Below, piece by piece: positions 1-12,356 of a DNA stretch of 64,000 nucleotides. This DNA comes from Octopus vulgaris. Lineage: Eukaryota. Below the pieces are notes generated by a model. That model saw only the letters and a program-made list of their open reading frames with translations. It was not told the origin of the DNA and searched no databases. Location of the stretch: contig OX597827.1 of assembly GCA_951406725.2 (NCBI GenBank), positions 83,700,001-83,764,000 on the forward strand, written 5' to 3'. The stretch's first letter is position 1, and each line of letters starts with the position of its first letter. Made by a program: the position numbers and the translations under genes.

Positions 1-658
1 CGGACCTCAGCAGCGAGGAAGTTTTATTTCACAGGCAACCTCAGCTAACTTTTGACACATATGTCTGTTCCTGTCCTCTGGCAGAAGTTATGTATTTGTT
101 TCTCCTCTTCTACCAAACATACACCATCGCTATGTACCAACTGCATGTGAAACCATTGTACATTTGCTGACAGTATATTTCTAGAGGTATCTCAACAGCT
201 TTGCCGTATCAATGCTCTTCGACAGGTTGAATAAATCGTCTGGTTTTATTCTGGTCTTCTGTTTCTTCCTTTATCTAATGGACTCAAACCAGCTTTATCT
301 TTCAACACAACTCCAACTCTTAAAAACCTATTAACCCACAGGCTACAGTAGTTGGCAGCTAAATCTGCAAGAATGATGTTCCTTTTCATTGTTTGTGCCT
401 CGTTAGAATCTACCATGTTTGTGTTGAAAGATGAAAAGTTGATGCATTCCATACAACATTGGATCATCTTCCATTTATGGCCTGATAAGAAATCACATGG
501 AACAGGCAGACATTGTTTTGTTTTGGCTTTTCAACCTCATGGTTCTGGGTTCAGTTCCACTACATGGTACTTTGGGCAAGTGTCTTCTATTATAACACCT
601 GGGCCAACCAAAGCCATGCGAGTGAATTTGGTTGGTGGAAACTGAAAGAAGCACATTG

Positions 659-721
<63 letters not shown>

Positions 722-963
722 ACAGTTCAACTTTCCGATTGTGTAGATGTTAGTCCATAAGTCCTTAGGTGCAATCCTGTGTAAAAGCATGTAAGTCAAA
801 GCCTTAATAGTGTAAATATCCAGAGATAAACGTGAATGTATCGATATGTTTGCGTTTATCTCTGGATATTTACACTATTAAGGCTTTGACTTACATGCTT
901 TTACACAGGATTGCACCTAAGGACTTATGGACTATCATCTACACAATCGGAAAGTTGAACTGT
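722..963. repeat. Foldback inverted repeat, 111-bp arms, 20-bp spacer
   Basis: 722-832 is the reverse complement of 853-963 with one mismatch seen. Confidence 0.95.
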
Positions 964-1060
964 GAACTTTTATGCTTCTTTTTCTTCCTCTCCTTATTCC
1001 TTTTCTCCTGTCCTCCATGTCGTACTTTCAATAATGCAAACCTTTTCGTTTTCCCTATTT

Positions 1061-1116
1061 GTCTCTGATGATGGAATATCCCATACTTTGGGATATCCCA
1101 GAAACAGCTGTAAGAC
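1061..1116 (+). ncRNA. Type I hammerhead ribozyme (minimal, Penelope-type)
   Basis: GTCT-CTGATGA-TGGAATATCCCA(TACTT)TGGGATATCCCA-GAAA-CAGCTG-TA-AGAC: complete core, 4-bp stem I, 11/12-bp stem II, palindromic ACAGCTGT stem III, GUA cleavage triplet. Confidence 0.8.
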
Positions 1117-2346
1117 TTTGAAAATTTTCCATTAATAATATTATATATGACTTGAGGTGTTTGTCTTTCCTAAATGCTTGTTGTCCTCTTTAACAATTCT
1201 AGATCCACTATATCGGAAATCTACAATGGTTCCATAACTCCCATCTTGGCTATAACCTTGGAGCCCTTGTGATTCATTACAGCACTTACCCAGCATACCT
1301 AGTTGTTTAGATCACCTGTGAACTAAACCCCCATATTTTGTGTGTGTAATATATATATATATATATTTATATGAGACCAAAAGTGTACATATGCCACTAT
1401 ATGTATATGTAAAAATAGAATGGAACAAGACCATGACAGGCAACAGCAAAACATTAGACAAAAGATAGAAGGACAGGAAAAAACAAGAACGGGTCATTTG
1501 GAGCCTTGTATCGTCAGTCAAGTTCTGATCATCCCTGCAGTTTTGGCCGGTTACATTCGAGACTGCTCCAATCTGGCCAAGAGCAATAGATTCTTTGGAA
1601 GAAAGCAAGTGAATGTATGCAAGGACGAAAAAACGGATAAATGTTACACAATTACAAATACAAACAACAAGACAATAACAACAGGTGTCTTTCGACTAAA
1701 GACAAATTAAATTAAGCTGGCATTTGTGGAGTGAAGCCTCGCGGCAGGAACATACGAGCTGAAAGTGATGGGAAGGAGTAGAAGAGATGCTGCAGAGATG
1801 GAAGCTGAATCTGACCTTTCTTTCTTGGTTCGACTTCCATCCATGAAGCATCTCTTATATTTCTTCCCATCACCTTGGACATCACCTTGGATAAAGGCCA
1901 AGGCTTTCTTTGTGTCTGTGTTTGTCCCCCTTCCTCCTCTACTTAACAACTAATGTTGGTTTGTTGACATCCCTGTAACTAAGCAGTTCAGCCAAACAGA
2001 CTGATAGAAAAGTTAGTCCTAGAGTTAATTTGTTTGACTAAAACCATTCAAGGCAGTGCTCCAGCATGGCCTCAGTCCAATGACCGAAACAAGTGACACA
2101 TATAGATACATGACGAGCTTCTTTTCCCAATTTATGTCAACCAAATCCGCTCACAAGCGTTTGGTTGTTCCAGCATCGGAGCAAAAGACACTTGTGCAAT
2201 GTCATGCAGTGGGACTGAAACGGAAACGATGTGAGTGGCAAGATAACTTCCAAACCACTCAACCACCACTGCACCTATCTGTATCTAGCTGTCCATCTGT
2301 CTGTGTATTTATCTACATTTACATAGACAGACAGACAAACAAACAG

Positions 2347-2399
<53 letters not shown>

Positions 2400-2414
2400 T
2401 AGATAGATAGATAG

Positions 2415-2451
<37 letters not shown>

Positions 2452-2551
2452 TATCTAATATAGGATAAAACTTTTTGAAAAAAATTCTATCAATGGCCAG
2501 CATATTAAAAAATACCTTTAAAGGTTAAATTTATAAACAACTTATAAACAA

Positions 2552-4240
2552 CTCATTGCCGAGTGCTATGCAAACATATTCACTGTTGAAAGTCAAAATG
2601 TACCATCTTCACCATCACTAACAGCAAACTCCATAACAACTATGGAATTTACACCTGCAATGCTGCGACGTCACCTTCAAAATAAGCGCAACTATGCCTC
2701 CCCTGGTCTCGATGGAGTTACATACCTGCTTCTCAAACGTGGCAGGCACTTCCTTTTACACCAGCTTTCTATTTTCTTCCAGTACTGTCTCAACAATGGT
2801 GCTACTCCGGAGCAGTGGAAAACTGCCAGTGTCATTCCTCTGTTCAAAAAGGGCGACCGCACATCACCTGTCAACTATCGCCCAGTCAGTCTCACTAGCT
2901 GTATTGCAAAACTGATGGAATCGTGTGTCAGAGAAACACTCTGGAACTTCTGGAGCTCTCACAGTCTCATCCGACCCTCACAATATGGATTTGTCCCTAA
3001 CTCCAGCTGCAGTGACCAGCTTGTCGAGTTCCTTGAGGACATTACTCAGATTACTGACAGTGGCTCATGGGTGGATGTTGTCTACCTTGACTTTGCTAAG
3101 GCTTTCAACTCTGTGCCACACAAAAGGCTTATGGTGAAACTCTCTGCAATGGGTGTGGGGGATGACCTTTTTAACTGGTTGAAATCCTTCATCCTCAGCC
3201 GAAAGGAGGTAGTCACAGTTCTAGGACAGCACTCTACACCATATGAGATGTCATCGGGTGTACCACAGGGATCTGTCCTTGGCCCCCTCTTGTTTGTGGC
3301 ATACATTAACGACATAGATGCCAATTTAAAGAATGCCACAGTATTGAAATATGCAGACGACATCAAGCTGTACCTTGAAATCAAGAGGACAGATCCTGAT
3401 GTCTACAACTCTTTCCTGCAATCAGACCTAGACACAATGCAGCAATGGATCACAGACTGGCAACTGAAACTAGCTGTGGACAAGTGTACCACCATGCATT
3501 TTGGGAGAAAAAACCCTGCGTTCACATACTCCCTCCACAACACTGATATCAAGAAATCCTCTTGCGAGCGTGACCTAGGCATCACTGTCAGCAGTGATTT
3601 GCGTTGGTCAAAGCATATCTCTAAGATTGTCAGGAAGGCCGAGGGTGTCTTGGCATCACTCAGCAGGTCTTTTGTTAGCCGCTCTCCAGCCATCTATTTA
3701 AAACTGTATACAGCTATGGTACGACCACACTTGGAATTCGCATCATCAGTTTGGAACCCCTATCTTGCACAGAACATTGACCTCCTGGAATCTGTCCAGA
3801 GACGTGCAACCAAACGCATACCCTCCATCAGACACCTACCATATTCTGAGCGCCTTGTTTCCCTGGGCATGGATTCACTGAAGCTCCGGCGTTTGGCGAC
3901 GGACTTGGTAAACACCCACAAAGTTATCAACCACCTCACCAACAACAACACTGAACACCTTTTTGATCTCCATGTGTCTAACACACGTGGACATGCCTAC
4001 AAAGTCAGAAAACAATACAGCTCCCATGACTTTCGGAAACATTTTTTCACGCTCAGAGTTGCTGAAGCATGGAATAAACTGCCTGCGTCAGTTGTTGACT
4101 GCCATGACACTGCATCTTTTAAGGCCCTCATGCTTTCCGAAATCCGCCGAAACTTCACCTGATTATATATACACTTTAGATGAGTTGTAGTGCACCTGAG
4201 CACTGTACACAATTATTATTATTATTATTATTATTATTAA
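2552..4240 (+). mobile_element. 5'-truncated CR1/L2-group LINE with intact RT frame
   Basis: ORF 2642-4162 has SPGLDG, NYRPVSLTS, YLDFAKAF, GVPQGSVLGPLLF and YADD motifs. Short 3' UTR and (ATT)n tail at about 4212-4240. Confidence 0.93.
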
Positions 4241-4661
4241 GGGCAGAATAAAAAAATAAAAAAATTTGAGCATTAGAATTTTTTTCTTTTGCCCTTGTTT
4301 ATAAGTTGTTTATATATAGAGAGATAGATATATAGACAGTATGCATATGTGTGTGTGTGTGTGTGTATGTATATTGGCCTTTAGATGCAATTTGTTAGTA
4401 TTGTAAGGCTGTTTTATGTAAGCAACCAGTCAGTATAATACAGATCCGTTATGGTACCGGAATCTTAGAATCTTGAAAAGGATTCAACTTTTCAGACAAT
4501 TTACTGGCACTAATGGATTAAGTGGATTATGGATTAAGTGGTAAGTGGAGCACGAAGCAACTGTGTAAATCTGCAATTAGAAATCTATGAACTCTTATGA
4601 TGTGTTCTCGGCCAAACAATGAAATCCACTTCATAAAAGTTTGAAGTGGTCTCTAGATGGA

Positions 4662-4714
4662 CACCACTTCAAACTATTCTACAAATAGTTGATATACACC
4701 CACACACACATATG

Positions 4715-4802
<88 letters not shown>

Positions 4803-4863
4803 CATACATACATATGTGTGTGTGGGTGTATATCAACTATTTGTAGAATAGTTTGAAGTGGTG
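4662..4863. repeat. Inverted repeat (59-bp arms) centred on a (TA)n tract
   Basis: 4662-4720 versus 4805-4863. Confidence 0.9.
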
Positions 4864-7140
4864 AGCCGTGAGGATGAAAGACTTGAGGTATTTCATGTTG
4901 CAAGACAGTGTGTGAGAGAGAATCGTGATGTGGTAGGAGAGAAGTGTGTTCGCATGGATGATGGTTCACTTGCACTAAATGAGGATGCAAAGAGACAGGT
5001 TTGGAGATGCCACTATGAAAGGTTGCTGAATAAAGAAAATGAATGGGATAAAGAGAGTCTGCCGAATGGCAACCCAACAGAAGGACCAGCTATCCGAGTT
5101 GAAAATTCTTTGGTAGTTAAAGCAATTAGAAGCATGAAGACAGGGAAAGCCCCAGGCCCATCAGGAATTACTGCAGAGATGCTCAAAATATCTGGCAGTG
5201 TCGGCTATAACCTAGTCACCCGTATAGTCAACCAGGTGATACACGAAGGAGTCATACCCAATGACTGGTGTAGCAGCATACTAGTCTACTGCTACAAAGG
5301 TAAAGGTGATGCCCTAGATACAAATAATTACAGAGGTATCAAGCTGTTGGATCAGGTAATGAAGGTTACGGAGGGGGTCATAGCCCAACTAATTAGAGAG
5401 AGAGTTAGTTTAGATGAGATGCAGTTTGGGTTCGTGCCAGGGAAAAGTACCACTGATGCTATATTCCTGGTAAGGCAGCTGCAGGAGAAATACCTAGCCA
5501 AAGATAAGCTCCTGTACCTGGCTTTCGTTGACATGGGGAAAGCCTTTGATAGGGTCCCCCGATCCCTTATCTGGTGGTCAATGAGGAAACTAGGGATAGA
5601 TGAATGGCTGGTGAGGGCTGTGCAAGCCATGTACAGAGATGCCGTAAGTAAGGTTAGGGTTGGCAACATGTACACAGAAGAATTCAAAGTAGAGGTTGGG
5701 GTCCACCAGGGTTCAGTACTCAGCCCCCTCCTATTTATCATAGTCCTCCAGGCAATTACGGAGGAATTCAAGACAGGTTGCCCCTGGGAGCTTCTCTATG
5801 CTGACGACCTTGCTCTAATTGCTGAGTCACTATCAGAACTGGAGGAGAAGTTCCAGGTGTGGAAGGAGGGTTTAGAATCGAGGGGCCTTAGAGTCAACCT
5901 AGCTAAAACCAAAGTCCTAATAAGTAGGAAGGTAGACAATCCACAAATGTCTTCAGGAAGATGGCCCTGCTCGATCTGTAGAAAAGGTGTAGGTAGAAAC
6001 TCTATAAGATGCACCAAGTGTAAGCTATGGACATATAAGAGGTGAAGCAATGTCAAAGGAAGGCTAACTGGGAATCTAGTTTTTGTATGTGGCAGATGCT
6101 CTGGTGCAATAAACACTGAAAAAGCGCAAAGACCATCTTCCGCCACATTCCTGGGAGAAAAACTAAAAATAGTTGATAGTTTCCGTTACCTAGGTGACCA
6201 AGTCAGTAGCGGTGGCGAGTGTGCTGAAAGTGTAACTACTAGAGTAAGAATAGCCTGAGCTAAGTTCAGAGAACTCTTACCTCTGCTGGTGACTAAAGGC
6301 CTCTCGCTCAGAGTAAAAGGCCGACAGTATAACGCATGTGTACGAACAGCCATGCTACATGGCAGTGAAACATGGGCCGTGACTGCTGAGGATATGTGTA
6401 AGCTTGCACGAAATGAAGCCAGTATTCTCCAATGGATGTGTAATGTCAGTGTTCATACTCGACAGAGTGTAAGTACCTTGAGAGAAAAGTTGGACCTAAG
6501 AAGCATCAGTTGTGGTGTGCAAGAGAGATGTTTGCGCTGGTATGGTCATGTGGTGAGAATGGATGAAGATAGTTGTGTGAAAAAGTGCCACACCCTAGCG
6601 GTTGAGGGAACCTGTGGAAGAGGTAGACCCAGGAAAACCTGGGACGAGGTGGTGAAGCACGACCTTCGAACTTTAGGTCTCACCGAGGAAATGACAAGAG
6701 ACCGAGACCTTTGGAAGTATGCTGTGCGTAAGAAGACCTGGCAGGACAAGTGAGACCATAACCCGTGGCCTCTACCTGGGATGTAGCCAGTCCACTTATG
6801 CATACCTTTCCTTCTTGAGACACAAAACTACATTTGAAGGCCTGTTGAGGCAAGTGAAAATCGAAATCGATCAACATCAAAAATCAATGGAAATTGTAGT
6901 TGTGATACCAGTGCCGGTGGCACGTAAGAGAGCCATCCGAACGTGGCCATTGCCAGCGCCGCTCTGACTGGCGTCCGTGCCGGTGGCACATAAAAAAAAC
7001 ACCCACTGCACTGACGGAGTGGTTGGCGATAGGAAGGGCATCCAGCTGTAGAAACACTGCCAGATCAGACTGGGCCTGGTGCAGCCTTCGGGCTCCCCAG
7101 ACCCCAGTTGAACCGTCCAACCCATGCTAGCATGGAAAGC

Positions 7141-7141
<1 letters not shown>
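4864..7141 (+). mobile_element. 5'-truncated RTE-clade LINE with two in-frame stops and long 3' UTR
   Basis: KAPGPSG, NYRGIKLL, QFGF, GVHQGSVLSPLLF, LYADD and RGRPRKTW motifs. ORFs 4858-6045 and 6289-6753 are in the same frame, separated by TGA codons at 6043 and about 6256. Confidence 0.92.
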
Positions 7142-7181
<40 letters not shown>

Positions 7182-10084
7182 TGTGTGTGTGTGTGTATAT
7201 ATATATTCAGATCGCTAACCATTAAACCTTTTCTATTTTCTTTCTGTGTTCCTTTCTGTTGAAGAGTGCAGGCTTGAAATATAAAAGACTTTTTCAATTC
7301 CTGAGCGTAAAACTAATACATCTGTTTGTTGTCTACACCACCTGTTTCTGTCTTTTGATTTTTTTGTAAATTCTCAATATATATATATATATATATAGTA
7401 TCATCATCATCATCACAGGTACGGGTATCTTAACTACAACTTTCATTTGATTTTTATTTTGATGTTGACGTACTTGACTCAATAGGTCTCTTCAAGAACA
7501 GCGGATCACTCTACGATCCAAGGTTGGCACAGCAGGCCATGAACTCACTTCATTCATCGTTTAACGTCCGTTTTCTGCGCTAGCACGGGTTATATATATA
7601 TATATCTTCGGATAGTACTTTTTATGTGCCACTGGCACGAGGATCCACTCAATTGGCACTGGCAATGACCCACACATGAATGGTGCTTATTGCGTGCCAG
7701 TCAGGTGGCACTGGCATTGGCCACAACTACAATTTCCATTTTTGATTTTGAGTAAGTCTCTCTACACACACGGCATCTTGCCCGACGATTCAAAGGTACT
7801 TTTTAAATGGGCTGCTTATGTGACACTGGGATAGGCTACGGATGTGATCTCCAGCATGACCACAGCTGCATGGCTGAAGCAAGTAAAAGAGTATATATAT
7901 ATATATAAAATGTGTGTGTGTATATATATATCTTGTATCTGGGGAGAGTTATTCTCTTTTAGTGATTTATTATTTAACACACGCATTGGTTAACTTTCCA
8001 CTCATTTCCTTATTTACTTTTCCTAACATTTCGTTGTCTTGCAACCCTTTCAATAGTCGTTGACTCTATCCTTTATCCAAGCTGCATTCTTTTTGTTTGT
8101 GCACACGTGTGTGGGTCAGTGTGTGTGCGCATACACATGTTTGTATGTATGTATGCATGCATGGAAGTGTGTGTATGCATGTATGTATGTTTGTGTGTGT
8201 GTATGGGTTTTTGTGACTATACTGGATCTGTATGGATGGATGTGTATCTCCATCTGTGTGGATGTGTGTCTTTGTGTGGATGTGTGTATAAGGTCATGCG
8301 ATTCAGTCGTCAATTGCGTGTGTGTACCTGTGCTTGTCTGTTCATATTACCTGTGTACATGTCTGTCTGTATGTCTCTCTGTTTACTTTCATATCCATTT
8401 ACCTACACACACACACACACATCTACATAACAGCCCACTAACTATTCCACCTGTCTATAAATATAAACTGTGGGTATCGGGGTATGATTACCTCCCACCT
8501 ATATTTCCCGTTTAGTCCTGGGGATGTTTCAATTTGACATTTATAGGCATTTCTAGGGACCACGTCCAATATTTGCGGTTTTTTACTATTCGTGTGTGGT
8601 CAAGGAATGTAACCCACATGAATACCAGGGGACTACTGTATATATAATGTATGTATGTATGTATATATATATAATGTGTATATATATATATATATATATA
8701 ATGCAGTCACCCATGCACACCAGCCTCCCCTCCTCTCCATGCCATCGACCTTATCCAAGGGAAAGACAAAGGCTGATACAGCTTGGCACCAGTGATGTCA
8801 CAACTCATTTCTACAGCTGAGTGAACTGGAGCAACGTAGGAATAATGTGCCTTGTTCAAGAACACAACACGCAGCACGGTCCAAGATTTGAACTCACTAC
8901 CTCATGATTGTGAGCCTGATGCTCTAACTACTGAGTCATGCACCTTCACACACACACATACGTGCATACATATAAACATATCATTGTTATTATGCAAAAG
9001 TGTCTTAAGTCCAAAACGTTCCTTTTTCAGAAAATGCAAAAACAGTTTCACCATTCCATTGCAAAACCGTTGTACTACACTTTGACAATCTTTGATATCT
9101 TGGCATCTGAAGCAGCAGGAGATACGACAGTTTGACCAAAAGAACCAGCTTTTTGCAAGCAAAAATAAATATTGAAGAAACATATTTGGATTAATTTGGA
9201 TGTACAACAGTTGAAGAGAATAGCAATATGTATACATTCTGCTTTGGAATGGTGGATCTTGAAGCAGATAAAGCTATAAATAACAGCATGTAAATATTGG
9301 GCTGAAGAATCTCTTTGACAGAAAAAGTCTACCTGCAGTGTTTGAGCCAACATCTGTAAACATGACATCAACAATATATACACACATATATAACTCGTGA
9401 ATAGTTCTGTTAGAATCAACAAAAAAGAAAAAAATTACTCCATCCAGTAAGAGATAAATATCATTTAATAAACAGACATTGAAGTCCTCTGCGTATTAAA
9501 TGATACACACACACACACAGTAACTGCCATTATGAAGTTCTGAGTTGGGAAACAATCCTTAAATTTGTAAAAATGTAGATTATTTTAAGTGGATTGACAC
9601 AAATATATTTGATTATTCTATGTGAGCCATGAAGAAAATGGAGATTCTAAGATGATGACACTTTTGTCATCACAATCAGTTCACACACAAATATATACAC
9701 TGACACACATCGTTTTCTTGCTTCAGTCATTAGACTATGGCCATGCTGGAGCACCACCTTAAACAATCCTTAAATTTGTAAAAATGTAGATTATTTTAAG
9801 TGGATTGACACAAATATATTTGTGTTGTGTGTTAAGACAACAAAGCCACAAACCACACTCTACTCTAACCTATACTACAGACACTCTATATGCCCTTATA
9901 CTATAGACATACTATGTGTCACTAGAGCACAGAGAGAAAATTCCACAGGAAGCCTTTATCTGATTACTAAAAGTAACAGTCAAATTAGTTGGAACCAAGT
10001 TAGAAATGAAAGACACATTCAATATTGTTATAAAGTCAGGAAGGTCATGGCTGGAACCCCCTTGATGATAGGTCTGCTGGATCG

Positions 10085-10244
10085 TGTCAATTACATCAAC
10101 CCCAGTGTGTAACTGGTACGTATTTCATCGACTCTGAAAGGATGAAAGGCAAAGTCAACCTCGGCGGAGTTTGAACTCAGAACTTAATGGCAGACGAAAT
10201 ACCGCTAAGCATTTTGCCCAGCGTGCTAACGATTCTGCCAGCTT
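10085..10244 (-). mobile_element. tRNA-derived SINE, family A (other copies at about 10980-11135, 22567-23110 interrupted, 24930-25105, 41780-41975)
   Basis: A box TGGCAGAATCG and B box GTTCAAACTCC, followed by a shared core TTGACTTTGCCTTTCATCCTTT...GTCGAT...GTACCAG repeated across the window. Confidence 0.8.
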
Positions 10245-11442
10245 GTAATATTAACACATTAAAGTGGGAGTGTGTATAGGTATATATATCCTGTGTTAGT
10301 CAACCAAATCTAGAGATAGCAGCCAAATCCACCTTACATCACACCCCGCTGTCTTAAAAAGTGACATATGGGATAATAATCTATCTGAGCTCAACAATTT
10401 CTAAATAAAGATGTGATGGCCACGACTGGAATGTCTTTCCTTATGGAGGAGACTGATCAGGTCTGACCAGCAGCTAAACAATATCTGTTCATGAACGTTT
10501 GGTCAATACCAGTAATTAATGAGGTTACTTCTCTTTGCCTTCCACATCACTTGACTGTGCTAAAACTGGACCAATGTGTGAACTTTGATATCAGTCTTGC
10601 CATAAGATGACATCAGATAACAACAACAATAATAATAATAATGGTTTCAATGTTGGCACAAGGCCAGCAATTTCGAAGGAGGGGGTGAGTTGATTATATC
10701 GACCCCAGTGCTTTATGTCTGGAGAAATATGAATTGAGATGAGGGCAGAGCAGGCCAAAAACCTGCTCTGTTGGGGGACAATGAGGATTTTGAGGTTGGT
10801 GCTTGGATGTTGAGCGTCTTCCAAGAAACATAACACCAAGGTACCAAGTCTTATGATTTAGGGAAAGAGACCCAGTGAGACCTTTGACTATGGGATGCTG
10901 TCTGCTCTCACAGAATGAAACAGAACAAGTAAGATTGATAGCTCTAAGAAGTAACGTATAATAATAATAATAATAATGTTAATAGTTTCAAACTTTTGGC
11001 ACAAGGCCAGCAATTTCAGGGGAGGGGGTAAGTCAATTACACCGATCCCAGTACTCCACTGACCCCAAAAGGATGAAAGGCAAAGTTGATCTCAGGGGAT
11101 TTGAACACAGAACATAAATATGAATTCTGCCAGCTGGTTGCCTTGACCTAACAATGACCTGGAGACTGAAATTTCCCTGGCAGCCCCAACATAAGTGAAT
11201 TGCAAGAAGATCATATTTATGGCCCATGGCTTTTTCATATATTCTCTGGAAACACTCCCCCGACCCCTGCAGACATCAGTTTTTCAATTGCAATGGCATC
11301 TTACCTGTTAGCATCTTTGGATGCAACACCTTGTTGTCCCTTGATGTCTCTTGTTGAGATCTGGCTACAACTTGTATAACTTAAAGCAAAACCAAATCAT
11401 ACTAATAACTACTAATAATCATAATAAGAAATAGTTATAGCA

Positions 11443-11760
11443 AGGTGGCTTAGTGGTTAGGTTCAGCCACAAGGCACAAGGGTGTGAGTTCAATTCCTGG
11501 CAGAGCATTGTGCCCTTGAGCAAGACACTTTATTTCACTTTATTGCTCCAGTCCACTCAGCTGGCAAAAAAAGAATTGTACCGGTAATTCAAAAGGGCCA
11601 ACCATGTCACATTCTGTGTCATGCTGAATCTGTCTGAGAGCAACTCTGTTAAATGAATGCATGTCTGAGGAGGAGGAGAACTCAGTCACTTAATTTCATT
11701 TATGTTCTGTTGATTGGGTAGACTGGAACACTTGTCATCGTCACTGACAGAGTACCTGTC
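11443..11760 (+). mobile_element. tRNA-derived SINE, family B (another copy at about 37315-37600)
   Basis: TGGCTTAGTGG A box and GTTCAATTCC B box; shared body CTTGAGCAA.ACACTT...TTGCT.CAGTCCACTCAGCTG. Confidence 0.75.
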
Positions 11761-12055
11761 ATAACCTAGGTACAGACGAGAGATGTTGGAGAAAGAGGGG
11801 TCAGTCAACTATGTTTTCCTCAGACAAAGCTACCTTTGAACAATACTTTGTGAATTCAGAATGTGCTCTTAATTAACATTACAAGGTATTTTGTAGGATT
11901 TTCTAACAATTCCGCCAATCCAAGTAGCAGGAGTTCTTGGAAACTGCATTTACTGTTTTAGGGGCCAAACTGTAATTCCTTGTGCTTTTATGACTTTCTC
12001 TCTCTCTCCCACTCCAACCACTCAGTCAGTTATAACAGCTCCTTCCCCCTGTTGG

Positions 12056-12086
<31 letters not shown>

Positions 12087-12269
12087 ATCAAAGTGATCAA
12101 TCAATAATTCTAAAAATCAATAAACAGACAAGTATTTATAGAAGAAATCACTTTTACTTGTAAAATATCAATTAACAGACGCTTTCCACTTCACTCTCAC
12201 CGAAAGGGCTTCTTTAAATTATATCTCCCCCATCATTTTCTCATTAGCAGAAAAAAAGGGGAACAAAAT

Positions 12270-12275
12270 TTATTG
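12270..12275 (-). terminator. Candidate poly(A) signal of GrpE
   Basis: AATAAA on the minus strand about 80 nt after the stop codon. Common hexamer with no transcript support. Confidence 0.3.
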
Positions 12276-12356
12276 AACAGTTTTTGTGGCAACCAACAAC
12301 CCTTGTCCACTCCCTTCCCCACCCACAGATTGTTCTTAATCATTCTACACATTTTT

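Noticed and set aside
1-645. Short ORFs or a possible transposase remnant
   Set aside because: No diagnostic motif recognised; 480-650 is a SINE fragment.
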